NCBI GenBank assembly: GCA_964106645.2
Contig: OZ067040.1
Direction: 5' to 3' (one strand)
DNA: 64,000 nt
DNA from: Podarcis pityusensis
Lineage: Eukaryota
Shown: in pieces, positions 1 to 11,699 of the stretch
Layout of the letters: each line of letters opens with the position of its first letter
Position numbering within the stretch: position 1 is the stretch's first letter
Made by a program: the position numbers and the translations under genes
The notes under the pieces: model-generated
What the model was told of the DNA's origin: nothing
What the model saw: the letters and a program-made list of their open reading frames with translations, nothing else
Database searches by the model: none

Positions 1-5
1 CTTTA

Positions 6-263
<258 letters not shown>

Positions 264-589
264 CTAACTTGAAATCAACGCTCCTGTAAGTAGTTAAGTG
301 GTTTGCTGTAGATAAAAGAGTCGGTGCGCTGTGTTGGTTAGAGCGTCAGGTGCGATCTTGGGAGACCAGGGTTCGAGTCACCACTTGTCCATCAAGTCCG
401 AAGGATGACCTCGGGACGGTCACTATCTCTCAGCCTAGTCTTCCTCGTAGGGTTGTCAAGAGAAAGAACGGGAACCGTGATAATTGTGTATGCCGCCTTG
501 AGCGATTTGGGAGAATAGGTGGGGTAAGAAATGTAAAAATAAAAACAAAAAAAACAAAAAAACTATGCACCCAAGTTTATATTACTTCC

Positions 590-930
590 GTGCTATAAGA
601 AAGCTGCAAAGATAGTGCAGGATAGTGCACACCCCGGAAATGATCTCTTTCAGCTTCTGCCTTCTGGAAGAAGGTACAGGGTTATAAAGACTAGGACTAG
701 CCGCCTGAGAAACAGTTTCTATCCAAATTTTGGTTTTAAACGCAGTGTAAGGAGTCTATGTGGGAGTATATTGTATTTTAAAAATGGGATATCAGAGATT
801 TTAGGGGGCTAACCAGGTTGGGATAGCAGGCTTGTTGGTTTTGAATGTTTTATGTATATATTCTTTTTAAATTTCGTTGTTCTGTATGGGACAATGACAA
901 TAAAGATTATTGTATCGTATCTTGTATCTT
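590..930 (+). mobile_element. Rex1/Babar-type LINE 3' fragment
   Basis: Translates to HPGNDLFQLLPSGRRYRVIKTRTSRLRNSFYP, typical of the Rex1 ORF2 end; AATAAA and a short simple-repeat tail at ~900-930. Confidence 0.75.
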
Positions 931-2000
931 GTGGTTTTTTTTAAAAAAGTGTATCCAATTAAGTTTTAGTTAATAGTAGGCCCATAGAAATTAACAAACC
1001 CAAATCACTTGTGTTCATTTGTTTCACTAGGTCTGCTTGGACTAAAAATTTTTGGATACAACTCTTGGTGCAATTTGTAAAGCAACAATTATATCCTACT
1101 GGAAGGACCTACTGTAAACACAGTATCTAAGAATCACTGTCAAATATTGTCACATTTGATTATCTCTCGTCAAATGATGTGGGTTATCCCTGTTACAGTT
1201 CATTCCGTTGTACGGTACGGTACCTGTAAGCTGCTACTTACGACTTATGATAAGCATTTAACACATTCGTATACCACCCTAGGTAACATTTTATCCCAGC
1301 ATAGTTTTCAATGTAATTTTAAACAAAGCAATAAAACAAACCAGTTAAGAGCAATAAAACAAACAACATAATCAGCGCAACCCAAAAAATAAAACAGCTA
1401 GGGAAACAGCAATCAGAAGCTTCCAGCTTCTATTCAATGAAAACCATTAAAATGCTTGGGGGGGGATGTCTTAACTTGATGCCTAAACAGTAATAAAGTG
1501 GAATCCAGGCAACTCCCATCGGCCTCAGCCTGCATGGGCAATGGACAAAGATGCTGAGAGCTGGGGGGGGGGGGGACGGGACAGGTTCCCCATACCTGCC
1601 CTACAGAAACCTATGGGCAGTTCAAATGTAATGCCAAATCATGATCTCAATGAGCTGTGAGAAGCCATGTTACTCGTGTGCTTCCTCCCCACCCCCTTCA
1701 CATGTGTCAATTCGCTCCCTCCAATCCTGCCTTGAGGAATCACAGTATCAGGGAATTGTAAAGTTGAAAGAGACCGCCCCAGGGGCATCTAGTCCAACCC
1801 CCTGCAATGCAGGAATCTCAACTAAAGCATCCATGACAGATGGCCCACCCAATCATATCCTTCAAACTCTATATCAAATTCCACGATTCTATCTCCTCTC
1901 AGTGGTTTTATAATACAGTCATACCTCATGTTACGTCTGCTTCATGTTACGTTCTTTCAGGTTACGTCACGCGGCGACCCGGAAGTACTGGAAAGGGTTA

Positions 2001-3977
2001 CCGTATTTTTCGCACCATAGGACGCACCGGACAATAGGACGCACTTTGTTTTAGAGGGGGGAGAACAAGAAAAAAAATTTCTCCCCCTCTCTGCCCAGCG
2101 CCCCTTCAGCGAAGTGGCAGGAGGCGCTGCGCAGAGAGGGGGAGAACTTTCCCCCTCTTGTTTTCCCGCTCTAAAACAAGGTGCCGTTTAAGGTGCGTTC
2201 AGGCGGCTACCTTGGAAGCCTGGAGAGCGAGAGGGGGCGGTGTGCACTGACCCCTCTCGCTCTCCAGGCTTCAGGTTCATTTCGACCTGCTCTTTGGGGC
2301 TGGCGGGGGGAAGCCCACCACCAGCCCCAAAGAGCAGGTCAGGGAGCAGCGGAAAGGCGCAGCAGAGAGGCTCCTGCCATAGCCGCCCGTCACCTCTCCA
2401 GCCGGGAGAGCGCCCGCGGGGCTAAAGCAGCCCCCTGCGGCCCTCTCCTGGCTGGAGAGGTGACGGGCGGCTATTGAGGCTCTTGCCATAGCCGCCCGTC
2501 ACCTCTCCAGCCGGGAGAGCGCGCGCGCGGGGCTAAAGCAGCCCCCCGCGACCCTCTCCCGGCTGGAGAGGTGACGGGCGGCTATGGCAGGAGCTTCTAT
2601 AGCCGCCCGTCACCTCTCCAGCAGCCCCACACGCGCTCTCCCGGCTGGAGAGGTGACGGGCGGCTATGGCAGGAGCTTCTATAGCCGCCGGTCACCTCTC
2701 CAGCAGCCCCGCGCGCGCTCTCCCGGCTGGAGAGGTGACGGGCGGCTATGGCAAGAGCCTCAATAGCCGCCCGTCACCTCTCCAGCCGGGAGAGGGTCGC
2801 GGGGTGCCCGCGCGCGCTCTCCCGGCTGGAGAGGTGACGGGCGGCTATAGAAGCTCCTGCCATAGCCGCCCGTCACCTCTCCAGCCGGGAGAGCGCGCGC
2901 AGGGCTAAAGCAGCCCCCCGCGACCCTCTCCTGGCTGGAGAGGTGACGGGCGGCTATTGAGGCTCTTGCCATAGCCGCCCGTCACCTCTCCAGCCGGGAG
3001 AGCGCGCGCGGGGCTAAAGCAGCCCCCCGCGACCCTCTCCCGGCTGGAGAGGTGACGGGCGGCTATGGCAGGAGCTTCTATAGCCGCCCGTCACCTCTCC
3101 AGCAGCCCCACGCGCGCTCTCCCGGCTGGAGAGGTGACGGGCGGCTATGGCAGGAGCTTCTATAGCCGCCGGTCACCTCTCCAGCAGCCCCGCGCGCGCT
3201 CTCCCAGCTGGAGAGGTGACGGGCGGCTATGGCAAGAGCCTCAATAGCCGCCCGTCGCCTCTCCAGCCGGGAGAGGGTCGCGGGGTGCCCGCGCGCTCTC
3301 CCGGCTGGAGAGGTGACGGGCGGCTATTGAGGCTCTTGCCATCGCCGCCCGTCACCTCTCCAGCCGGGAGAGCGTGCGCGGGGCTAAAGCAGCCCCCCAC
3401 GACCCTCTCCCGGCTGGAGAGGTGACGGGCGGCTATGGCAGGAGCTTCTATAGCCGCCCATCACCTCTCCAGCAGCCCTGCGACCCTCTCCCGGCTGGAG
3501 AGGTGACGGGCGGCTATGGCAAGAGCCTCAATAGCCGCCCGTCACCTCTCCAGCCGGGAGAGGGTCGCGGGGTGCCCGCGCGCGCTCTCCCGGCTGGAGA
3601 GGTGACGGGCGGCTATAGAAGCTCCTGCCATAGCCGCCCGTCACCTCTCCAGCCGGGAGAGCGCGCGCAGGGCTAAAGCAGCCCCCCGCGACCCTCTCCC
3701 GGCTGGAGAGGTGACGGGCGGCTATTGAGGCTCTTGCCATAGCCACCCGTCACCTCTCCAGCCGGGAGAGGGTCGCGGGGCTAAAGCAGCCCCCCACGAC
3801 CATCTCCCGGCTGGAGAGGTGACGGGCGGCTATTGAGGCTCTTGCCATAGCCGCCCGTCACCTCTCCAGCCGGGAGAGGGTCGCGGGGCTATGGCGTCTT
3901 CGCTCCATAGGACGCACACACATTTTCCCTTCATTTTTGAAGGGAAAAAAGTGCGTCCTATAGAGCGAAAAATACGG
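2001..3977. mobile_element. TcMar (Tc2/pogo-like) non-autonomous element with expanded interior
   Basis: TIRs CCGTATTTTTCGCACCATAGGACGCAC / GTGCGTCCTATAGAGCGAAAAATACGG with a TA duplication. Confidence 0.85.
2370..3895. repeat. GC-rich array of alternating inverted ~30-35 bp units with a ~481 bp higher-order repeat
   Basis: Core ATAGCCGCCCGTCACCTCTCCAGC(CGGGAGAG) appears ~16 times forward, alternating with ~15 reverse-complement copies. ORF-track peptides recur at a +481 offset (2584/3065, 2666/3147). Confidence 0.95.
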
Positions 3978-4896
3978 TACTTCCGGGTTTCACCGCTCGC
4001 GCATGCGCAGAAGCACAAAATGACATCACGTGCATGCGCAGACGCAGCGAATCGCAACCCACATGTGCGCAGACGCGCTACTGCGGGTTGCGTTCTTTTC
4101 ATGTTGCGAACGGGCCTCCGGAACGGATCCCGTTCGCAACCAGAGGTACCACTGTACTGCTCGAACAGAAAACGAAACCTGTGGCTCGCACTCATCCTGC
4201 AAATCAGGATACAGGCAGCGTTAAACCTAAAACACCTCTTGGAGGTGAACCTAAGGCTTGGGGTGTACCCTTCAGCCCCACAATGCTTACCCCAAAAAAC
4301 TACCTCCTAGGAGAAAAGAAACCTGGAACGCATCATGCTAGCTTGACTTTCCTTTATTTCTTTTGAAGACTCCTAGGGCACACATACAAACAAAATGTAG
4401 GCTTTTTTCTTCTTCCTTCAAGACCTTTTAGAAACTGTTCCAGCCATTGATTACCTTGCCATTATTTCACGGTGAGGTCCGTAAGGCGTAGCTGTTAAAA
4501 TGGAAAAGAAACCCTATACATTTTTAACACAGGGCCCTATTTTTCCATTTGCCTGGGCTCTCTCCTTTAAGAGGTTTCGTTGCCATTTACATTGATTTCT
4601 TTTTCTTTTACCATAACACATTCATTCATTAAATCAAGGGTGTACAACTCTCAGGTCTGGAGGGCCAACTATAGAGCTCCAGAACTCTCTCTGTGGCTTT
4701 CAGGACTCTGCCTAGGCTACATGCCTCTCCTCAGACCACACATCTTACCAGCCCTATGTCACCAGCCTCCATGAGTGCTTTTGCCTGCCTGTAAGCTGCT
4801 CTTGAACTGTGATAATGACTCTTGCTCACCTGAATGGAGAGACAGGTGTGCAGGTACCGAAAACTCTTGACTTTTGCATGGTTGAAATGTAGTCTA

Positions 4897-5111
4897 CAGT
4901 GGTACCTCAGGTTAAGAACTTAATTCGTTCTGGAGGTCCGTTCTTAACCTGAAACTCATCTTAACCTGAGCTACCACTTTAGCTAATGGGGCCTCCCATT
5001 GCCACCGCATGATTTCTGTTCTCATCCTGAAGCAAAATTCTTAACCCGAGGTACTATTTCTGGGTTAGCAGAGTCTGTAACCTGAAGTGTCTGTAACCCG
5101 AGGTACCACTG
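4897..5111. mobile_element. Tigger-like MITE
   Basis: TA|CAGTGGTACCTC...GAGGTACCACTG|TA. Confidence 0.85.
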
Positions 5112-5231
5112 TACTGTACAAAAGGTTAAGATTCACAGCTCTGGTCAATGTTAGAAACTCAAGTTATATAAGCCAATCACTGAATGGCACCTTAAAGCTA
5201 GGTTGAAGTCACCACAGCGAAATGTCTAGGC

Positions 5232-5670
5232 CAGGGTTAGAAACTGAGATAGAAAAGCTAGGAGCCAAATGGCTTCTGGTACCTGGGTTATGAGCGCCAT
5301 TGTGGGGGACACAATACTTTATTTATTATTTTGATAAGCATGAACTAATATGCAAATCACATAAGTGACACATTGTTAATTTCACAATTTTAGAAGAAAT
5401 TGTAAATACATGTTTAATTTGATGTTTACAATAGCAATATTGGTACCATACTTCAGTTTTCAAAACACTCTACTCTTTAATCCAAACTCTTCTTAATTGT
5501 TAAATTCTTTAACATATTGTCTCTCCTTAACATATACTTTGAGGCTTCAAAGCACATACATTGAGCGTCAGCCAGGCACAAAAAATTGCACCCACACTTT
5601 TTGAGCTGCTCACAAACAGAGAATCTTTAGGCACAAAATGCATCCGGCGCCCTGCTAATTTCGAACCCTG
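5232..5670. mobile_element. hAT-like non-autonomous transposon
   Basis: TIRs CAGGGTTAGAAA / TTTCGAACCCTG; perfect 8-bp TSD GTCTAGGC (5224-5231, 5671-5678). Confidence 0.8.
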
Positions 5671-5942
5671 GTCTAGGCACCTTTTTTTGCAATTTAATTT
5701 ATTATTGCTATTCATTTCTATACAACTTTATTTTTTAAAAAAAATAAATATCAAAGCTGTTTACAGCACATTAAAACACCAAATAAAATCCAGAATAAAA
5801 CAAGTTCAAGCTTCAAGGAAAATATTTCAGATACTTCTCTAAGTGACATTTTGCTTTCCCCATATTTATTTACCTACTTAATTCATATAGCTGCCCCATA
5901 GCAGAGGGACTTTAGGAAACCAGAGTGGTATAGCGCTTAGAG

Positions 5943-6077
5943 CAGGCATCCCCAAACTCGGCCCTCCAGATGTTTTGGGACTACAATTCCCATCATCCCT
6001 GACCACTGGTCCTGTAAGTAGGGATGATGGGAGTTGTAATCCCAAAACATCTGGAGGGCTGCGTTTGGGGGTGCCTT
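5943..6077. mobile_element. hAT-like palindromic MITE inserted in a tRNA-derived SINE
   Basis: ~135 bp hairpin (GGACTACAATTCCCATC...GATGGGAGTTGTAATCC) with 8-bp TSD GCTTAGAG. Same family at ~9449-9583, ~15190-15330, 38674-38809 and 48852-48987. Confidence 0.75.
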
Positions 6078-9000
6078 GCTTAGAGTGTCAGACTAGGAGC
6101 TGGGAGATCGGGGCTCAAATCCCCAGGGAAGCTCACTGGGTGACCTTGGGCCAATCACAGCCTCTTGTCGTACCTCACAGGGTCGTTGTAACGTTTATCT
6201 GAGGAGGGGGAGGAGCCATGTACTCCTGAGGAAAAGGTGGGATATAAATGCAATAAATAAGCTCTTCTGCTTACTTTCTTAAGAAAACAGGAGGGGCCAG
6301 TCACATGGAGGTGTCAGTTGCGAACCTGGCATCCAGAGACCTCCATGTGGTCACAACTGGACCTGTGCCAGTCGCAAAACGCACCAGGGGAATTTCTAAC
6401 ACTGCCTCTGACCATGCCCATCACGGGCATATGACCCATGGGGATGCAAACTGAATTCCAAGACTGAAAAAGGTTCCCCAGCTCCACATTAAATGAAAAA
6501 TGATTTAAAAAAAAAAAAATTAAAATGCAGGCAAGGCAGACACCCTCACAGAATCCCAAAAGAACAAGAGTCTTGCCTTCACTAAGGACTAGCTCACACA
6601 TGCATGTTCACTGCTCCTTATCTACAGCAGCAAGCCGCCACTTAGTGCACATGTGAATGAGCCATCACAGATCAAATGCCTGCCTCCCCCCCCCCCCCCC
6701 GGCAGAACTGCCGTATCATCCAATGTCAATTCAGAACCACGGCACTTCCAAATGGAGACAGCTTGCTCATTCTGCTGAGAGCCACCAAGCTTCGGAGGCG
6801 GGGGACTAGTGCCATGCGTGACTCAGCCCTGGGTGTGTTTGAATTCATGCTTGCTGCTCGTTAATAAGTGCCCTGTTATCTTAAGAGGATAATTTCACAT
6901 TTGCAGAGGGTGGGTCACCTCAACAGTATAATGAAGTGGATGAAGCAGCAGACCGGTCGCAGAAGAGTTTTGCGCAGAAAATGTCAAACCTTTCTCCGTT
7001 TGCACAGCCACCTGGCAGAACTCTGGACGCAAATCCGAAAGAAGACAAAATCTAGGCAAGGCTTTCCCCATCATACAAAACAGGCTGAAGTGGTGGGCTG
7101 GTGGACTGCGAATACTGCGTTGTGAATGCAGTAGCCAGACACCTGGGCTTGAGCTGATCATCTGGCCAAACTGCATGACACCAAACTGCAAAGTCTGGAC
7201 TCTACGGTTCTTTGCATCTTACCGCAACCTCACACACAAAAACCCTGAAATGCAAAGTCCTTTGCTGCCTTTGCACCCGGTCTCCTTCCCACCCCCACCT
7301 TTTGGGCCTTCATCTGCTGTTCTTTTCGAAACCTGCTTTTATCTCCTTGAGCCGAACTCTCCTTGGGTTTACTCTCCCAAAGAGCTAATTAGGAGTCACT
7401 CCATGCTGATCCGCCCCAAAGCCAGTGAGAGGAAAGCAACAAAAGGATTGGTAAGCTAGTCACAGTGCAGGATTTCAACAGAGAGCTTCCCCTCAGCTTT
7501 GAAATCGCCTTCCTCCTGAGGTTCCAATGCCCAAGGCAGAGTAACATTGGGAAGAGGATTTAAGAAGTGAGCAAAGTATAGATTTGCAGCATAATAATGA
7601 ATGGAGACGTTAACAATGAGGCTGGGAAGGAGGAGCTGGAGGGGAGGGAGAGTCCATCGTCCAGACATCAACGCAGTGGTGATAAAATCCAATGGATCAG
7701 AGCTGTTTGCTGAGGACAAGGCCCGGGCTGATCAAGTGCTGCAAGAAACAGATAGGCTCAAAGATACTGGTCAATCTTGACCATGATCAAGTTAACACGC
7801 TTTAGGAGAGCTTGCACCGCACGACCAAATGCGTTTCTGGAACAATGGTGATTCACTGTGCTCTGGAATGTAAAGTATTGTGGCAATATGCACCCTTTGG
7901 GAAGAAGGGAGCACTACGAATTGAATGAATGAATTTTATACGGCTATAGCTGCACACTTTATTATTTCGTGCAAGCAATGATGCAACTGCCTTTGTACTC
8001 AGCGAGATTTTAATTTTTAAAAGGCTACACGAAACTAGATGAGGAATGGCTGTGTGTGTGTGTGTGTGTGTACGCGCACACACACACACACACACACACA
8101 GCCCTCTCTCTCCAGAGCCCTGGCAAATGTGAAAGCAGGAGGAGATTAAACTGGAGCTGGTATAAACAAATATATCAAAGGGGAGGGGAGGATTCTGCAG
8201 GACACCTAGAAACAGGAGAGACAGGGAGAGAGAGAGAGGAAAAAATAACTCAAAGTGAAGCAGAACCCCATTCCTAAATGCTGCCCTCGTTTCGCCAACA
8301 CAAGGCTGGCAGAACTTCCCCCTGGATTCACTCCAAGTTCGTTTCTCGCCTCCCAAATCCAACCCTTAGCAGGTTAATTCAAAACGTTTCAAAAATGGCA
8401 TTTTAAAAAAAGGCTCAAAGAACAGGAAGCTCTCCTTACAGGTTTGTGTAGCCCCTCTTTCCCCTCAATGGGGGAGGAGGAAAAGCATTTTTAAGGTCTA
8501 CGCGATGTGGGGAGGGGAGAGAGAAAGGCTGTGGATGGCAGCTATAGGAAATGGGGGAGGCATTCCCTGGACCAGGGGGGAAAAAAGAGTACTGTGGGAA
8601 GCAAACTGGACCAAACAATGCTCTCCAAAAGACATTTGGAAATGGATGGCCCTTTTTCTGCTGCCCAGCCCTCGCTCCCCACTTCTCTTACAAGGGCCAT
8701 GGGGCGCCTTGCCAGCCCCCACCCCACCCCCGCTGCCTGCTGAATATTAACAGGATCTCACCACAGCCAGTTCATTATAAGTCTGAAGAGGCCCTGTGCC
8801 ACTTCTCAGCGCATCCTTCCCCAGAATCTTGAATAGAGTATATTAAAAAGAGGGAGAGAGAGAGAAAGGTTCTATCAGCCTGTCAGTTGGGAGTGTTTTT
8901 TAAAGAAAAGACGAATACACGCGCAAACGAACCTCAACAAAACCTCCACAAATTATAATGACTAATATGAGCCCCCCTGGAAGATTTCTGGTTTAGAAGC

Positions 9001-11699
9001 ACCTGGCGACAGCAGAATAAGCAGAAACAGCCTCTTATTGTTTTGCCCAGAGGAGATCAAAAGATTTAAAAGGCAACAAGCAGCCTTATTGGAAGTTCCT
9101 GCAACTGAATTGCTGTGCTTTCATCAGAAACGTGCTTGCACAGAGTTTGCTGGCTTAAAAAACAAGCACACTGTCCCACCCAATTTTTGAGGACAAGAAG
9201 AAATATAAGAGAGTCTCTCTCTCTCTCTGGACTTAAACTATATGTGATGCTTGCTGCTGCATATTTTTAAGCCACTAATAGCAGGCAACAAGGAGGGATG
9301 ATTTTCATCAGGACCTTTCTTTCCCTGCTAAAATTTCCCATAAAAATCGCCTCCCACGGCTGCTACCATCAGCATGGAAGGAAACGTGGTTTTTTGGCAC
9401 CAGTGGAACGTAAGAAGACTCCCCACTGGAAAAGACCAATGGACCAGCTCAGGCATCCCCAACCTTCAGCCCTCCAGATGTTCTGGACTACAATTCCCAT
9501 CATCCCTGACCACTGGTCCTGTTAGCTAGGGATCATGGGAGCTGGAGGTCAAAACATCTGGAGGGCCACAGGTTGGGCTGCCTGGCCCAATGACCTGTTC
9601 TCTCAGAGGCCAACCAGATGGCTATGGGAAGTCCGAAAGCGGGACCTTAGCACAACAACACTCTCTCCCCACTTGCAATTCCCACAACTAGCATTCAAAG
9701 AAGCATTGCCTTCCAAAAGTGGGGACAGAACCTGGTCATGGGGGCTAGTAGCCATTGAGAAGCCCTGTCCTCCATGAATGGGAGCTTCCCTCTTGTGGTT
9801 AATAGCAGCCGGAGGGGGAGAAGGCGGCCAAGAAGAAAGGTTTAACCTCTTCCCACGCACTGTTGTTCTGATGAAAATGCCTGTCTCTGCCAAGCGGCTG
9901 CTTTTTTAAAATAAAGAGGGAGCAGCGAGTGCCGAATTTAGCATCACATCCAGTTTCGGCCTTCTGTTCCAACTCTGAAAATGACAAAGCAATAAACACT
10001 TGAAACTCAAAAAGAGCTCGAAATATCTCTTTTTAGGATTTCTTTCTCACGTTACAATTTAGCATCCCAAGGTAAGTAGTCGGAAGAAGATGGTTGGGGT
10101 TGGCGAAGGTATCCCTGCATCGCAGGGGGTTGGGCTAGATGGCCTTTGGGGTCCCTTCCAACTCTATGATTCTATGAAAAGTAGCTATAGTAGAATTGCA
10201 GGATGTGGGCTATTAGCAGCAGAAACTTAGGATCTCCTGCCCTTTTTGTCAGGGTCTTATAAGTGAACAGGTTTGCAGAATCCTTCATTCCTCTTTATGT
10301 GGTAAGGAGCTACTGTAACCGTTCCTCCTCCTGGCTAGTGGGATGGAAGAACCACAGCTTTTTAGAGCCAAGGTACAAAACCAGATGTCCCATGCAATGC
10401 ATCTTTTGCTTGACATCTTAGATTGCAGAAGCGATCAAATACCTGAATGATTCCTGCTTCCATATAAAAACTAGCACACTTGTAAAAACTGCACTGTGGA
10501 CAACTGCAAGGCTTGACCATTCAGTAAAGTTGGGTATCTCTTTGTTCTTCTGGCAAAGAGTACTCTCTCTCTTTTAATTTGCCTACATATTTATAATCCA
10601 CACTTTTTTATATATGTAAAAAATAAAGACATTTGTTCAACACAGGAGAATAAAATCAGCATAAAAACATCAATAAATACTCATTGGCTTAAAAAAAAGA
10701 AAATTCATGTTAAGAACAGAAGAAATCTGGATAGAAGGGTGGTTCCTGCCAAACCTCTACTGGCAGTGAGTTCCACAGGACAGGGCCTGCCACACTTAAG
10801 GCTCAGTCCCTTTTCACACTTTACATTTAAACAAAGTCTCTCATTTCTGAGGTCCCAGCATTGCAAGACTTGGGTATCAGCACTGGCTCTTGAAACTGCC
10901 TTTGCCATGTTGATGTTTCCTCATTCAATGTTCTCTCTCACACCCCTCTCCCTTGGGTCTTCATCCACTGTTCATTTTTAGACCTGCTTTTAAAATGTGT
11001 GTGCGTTTGTGTGTTCTTGTTTCCACTATGCAAGATTCTCTTCAGTTGTGCTTGCCCTGAAAATGAATAGAGAGCTTTCCTAGTGCTGATCCACTCAAAA
11101 GCCACTAAAAGGAAACCAACAAAGGATCTGGGCAACATAGCATGTCTAGGCTAGAATCCATCTCCCTGACCTGCTAGCATCTTGAAAGCACAGGAGCTGC
11201 TCTGTTTCGTTTTACTGAAAGGCAGGGAGCATCCAAGCATTTAGAGCAATGCGGTCCAGCAACGGGCACCTCTGGGCTGTAGCTCAGCTAATGAGCATCT
11301 GCTCTGGATGAGCAAGGCTCCAGGTTTAATCCCTGGCATCTCCAGGTAAGGGCTGTGAGAGATTCCCAGAAAGATGCTGCCAGTCAGCTAGATGGACCAA
11401 TGGTCTGACTTGGCATTGAGGCAGCGTCCTAAGCAGCCTTGGTTCCCTCTTCTTTGTCATTTCCAGGAATGACTCTTAAGTCTGCTCACTGTTCCTTCAA
11501 CCTGCTCGTGCTCTTTCTGAAGCCGGAAGAACAAGCAGCTGCAATGCAATTACCCCTCCGTGTGCTCTGAGCAACAACTGTGCTTCAGACTAAGGGGCAG
11601 GTTTCATTTCCTCAAGCATCAGGGCCACACTGCAAGGCACCCACTGCTGCATGGGCGACTTTAAGAGGACTAGGCAAATTGACGGAGGGTAAGGCTATT

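Larger units (their letters stand above)
1916..4154. mobile_element. Tigger/TcMar-like MITE (~260 bp) interrupted by a 2 kb nested insertion
   Basis: TA|CAGTCATACCTC...GAGGTACCACTG|TA termini. The halves rejoin at a TA (1999-2000 / 3978-3979) inside the internal palindrome CCCGGAAGTA...TACTTCCGGG. Confidence 0.8.

Noticed and set aside
2370-3895. CRISPR-like repeat-spacer array
   Set aside because: Repeats alternate in orientation, spacers recur rather than being unique, there are no cas genes, and the context is a vertebrate intron inside a MITE.
2181-4366. Many short ORFs (ALPAGEVTGGY repeats)
   Set aside because: By-products of a stop-poor GC-rich repeat read on both strands; no splice or homology support.
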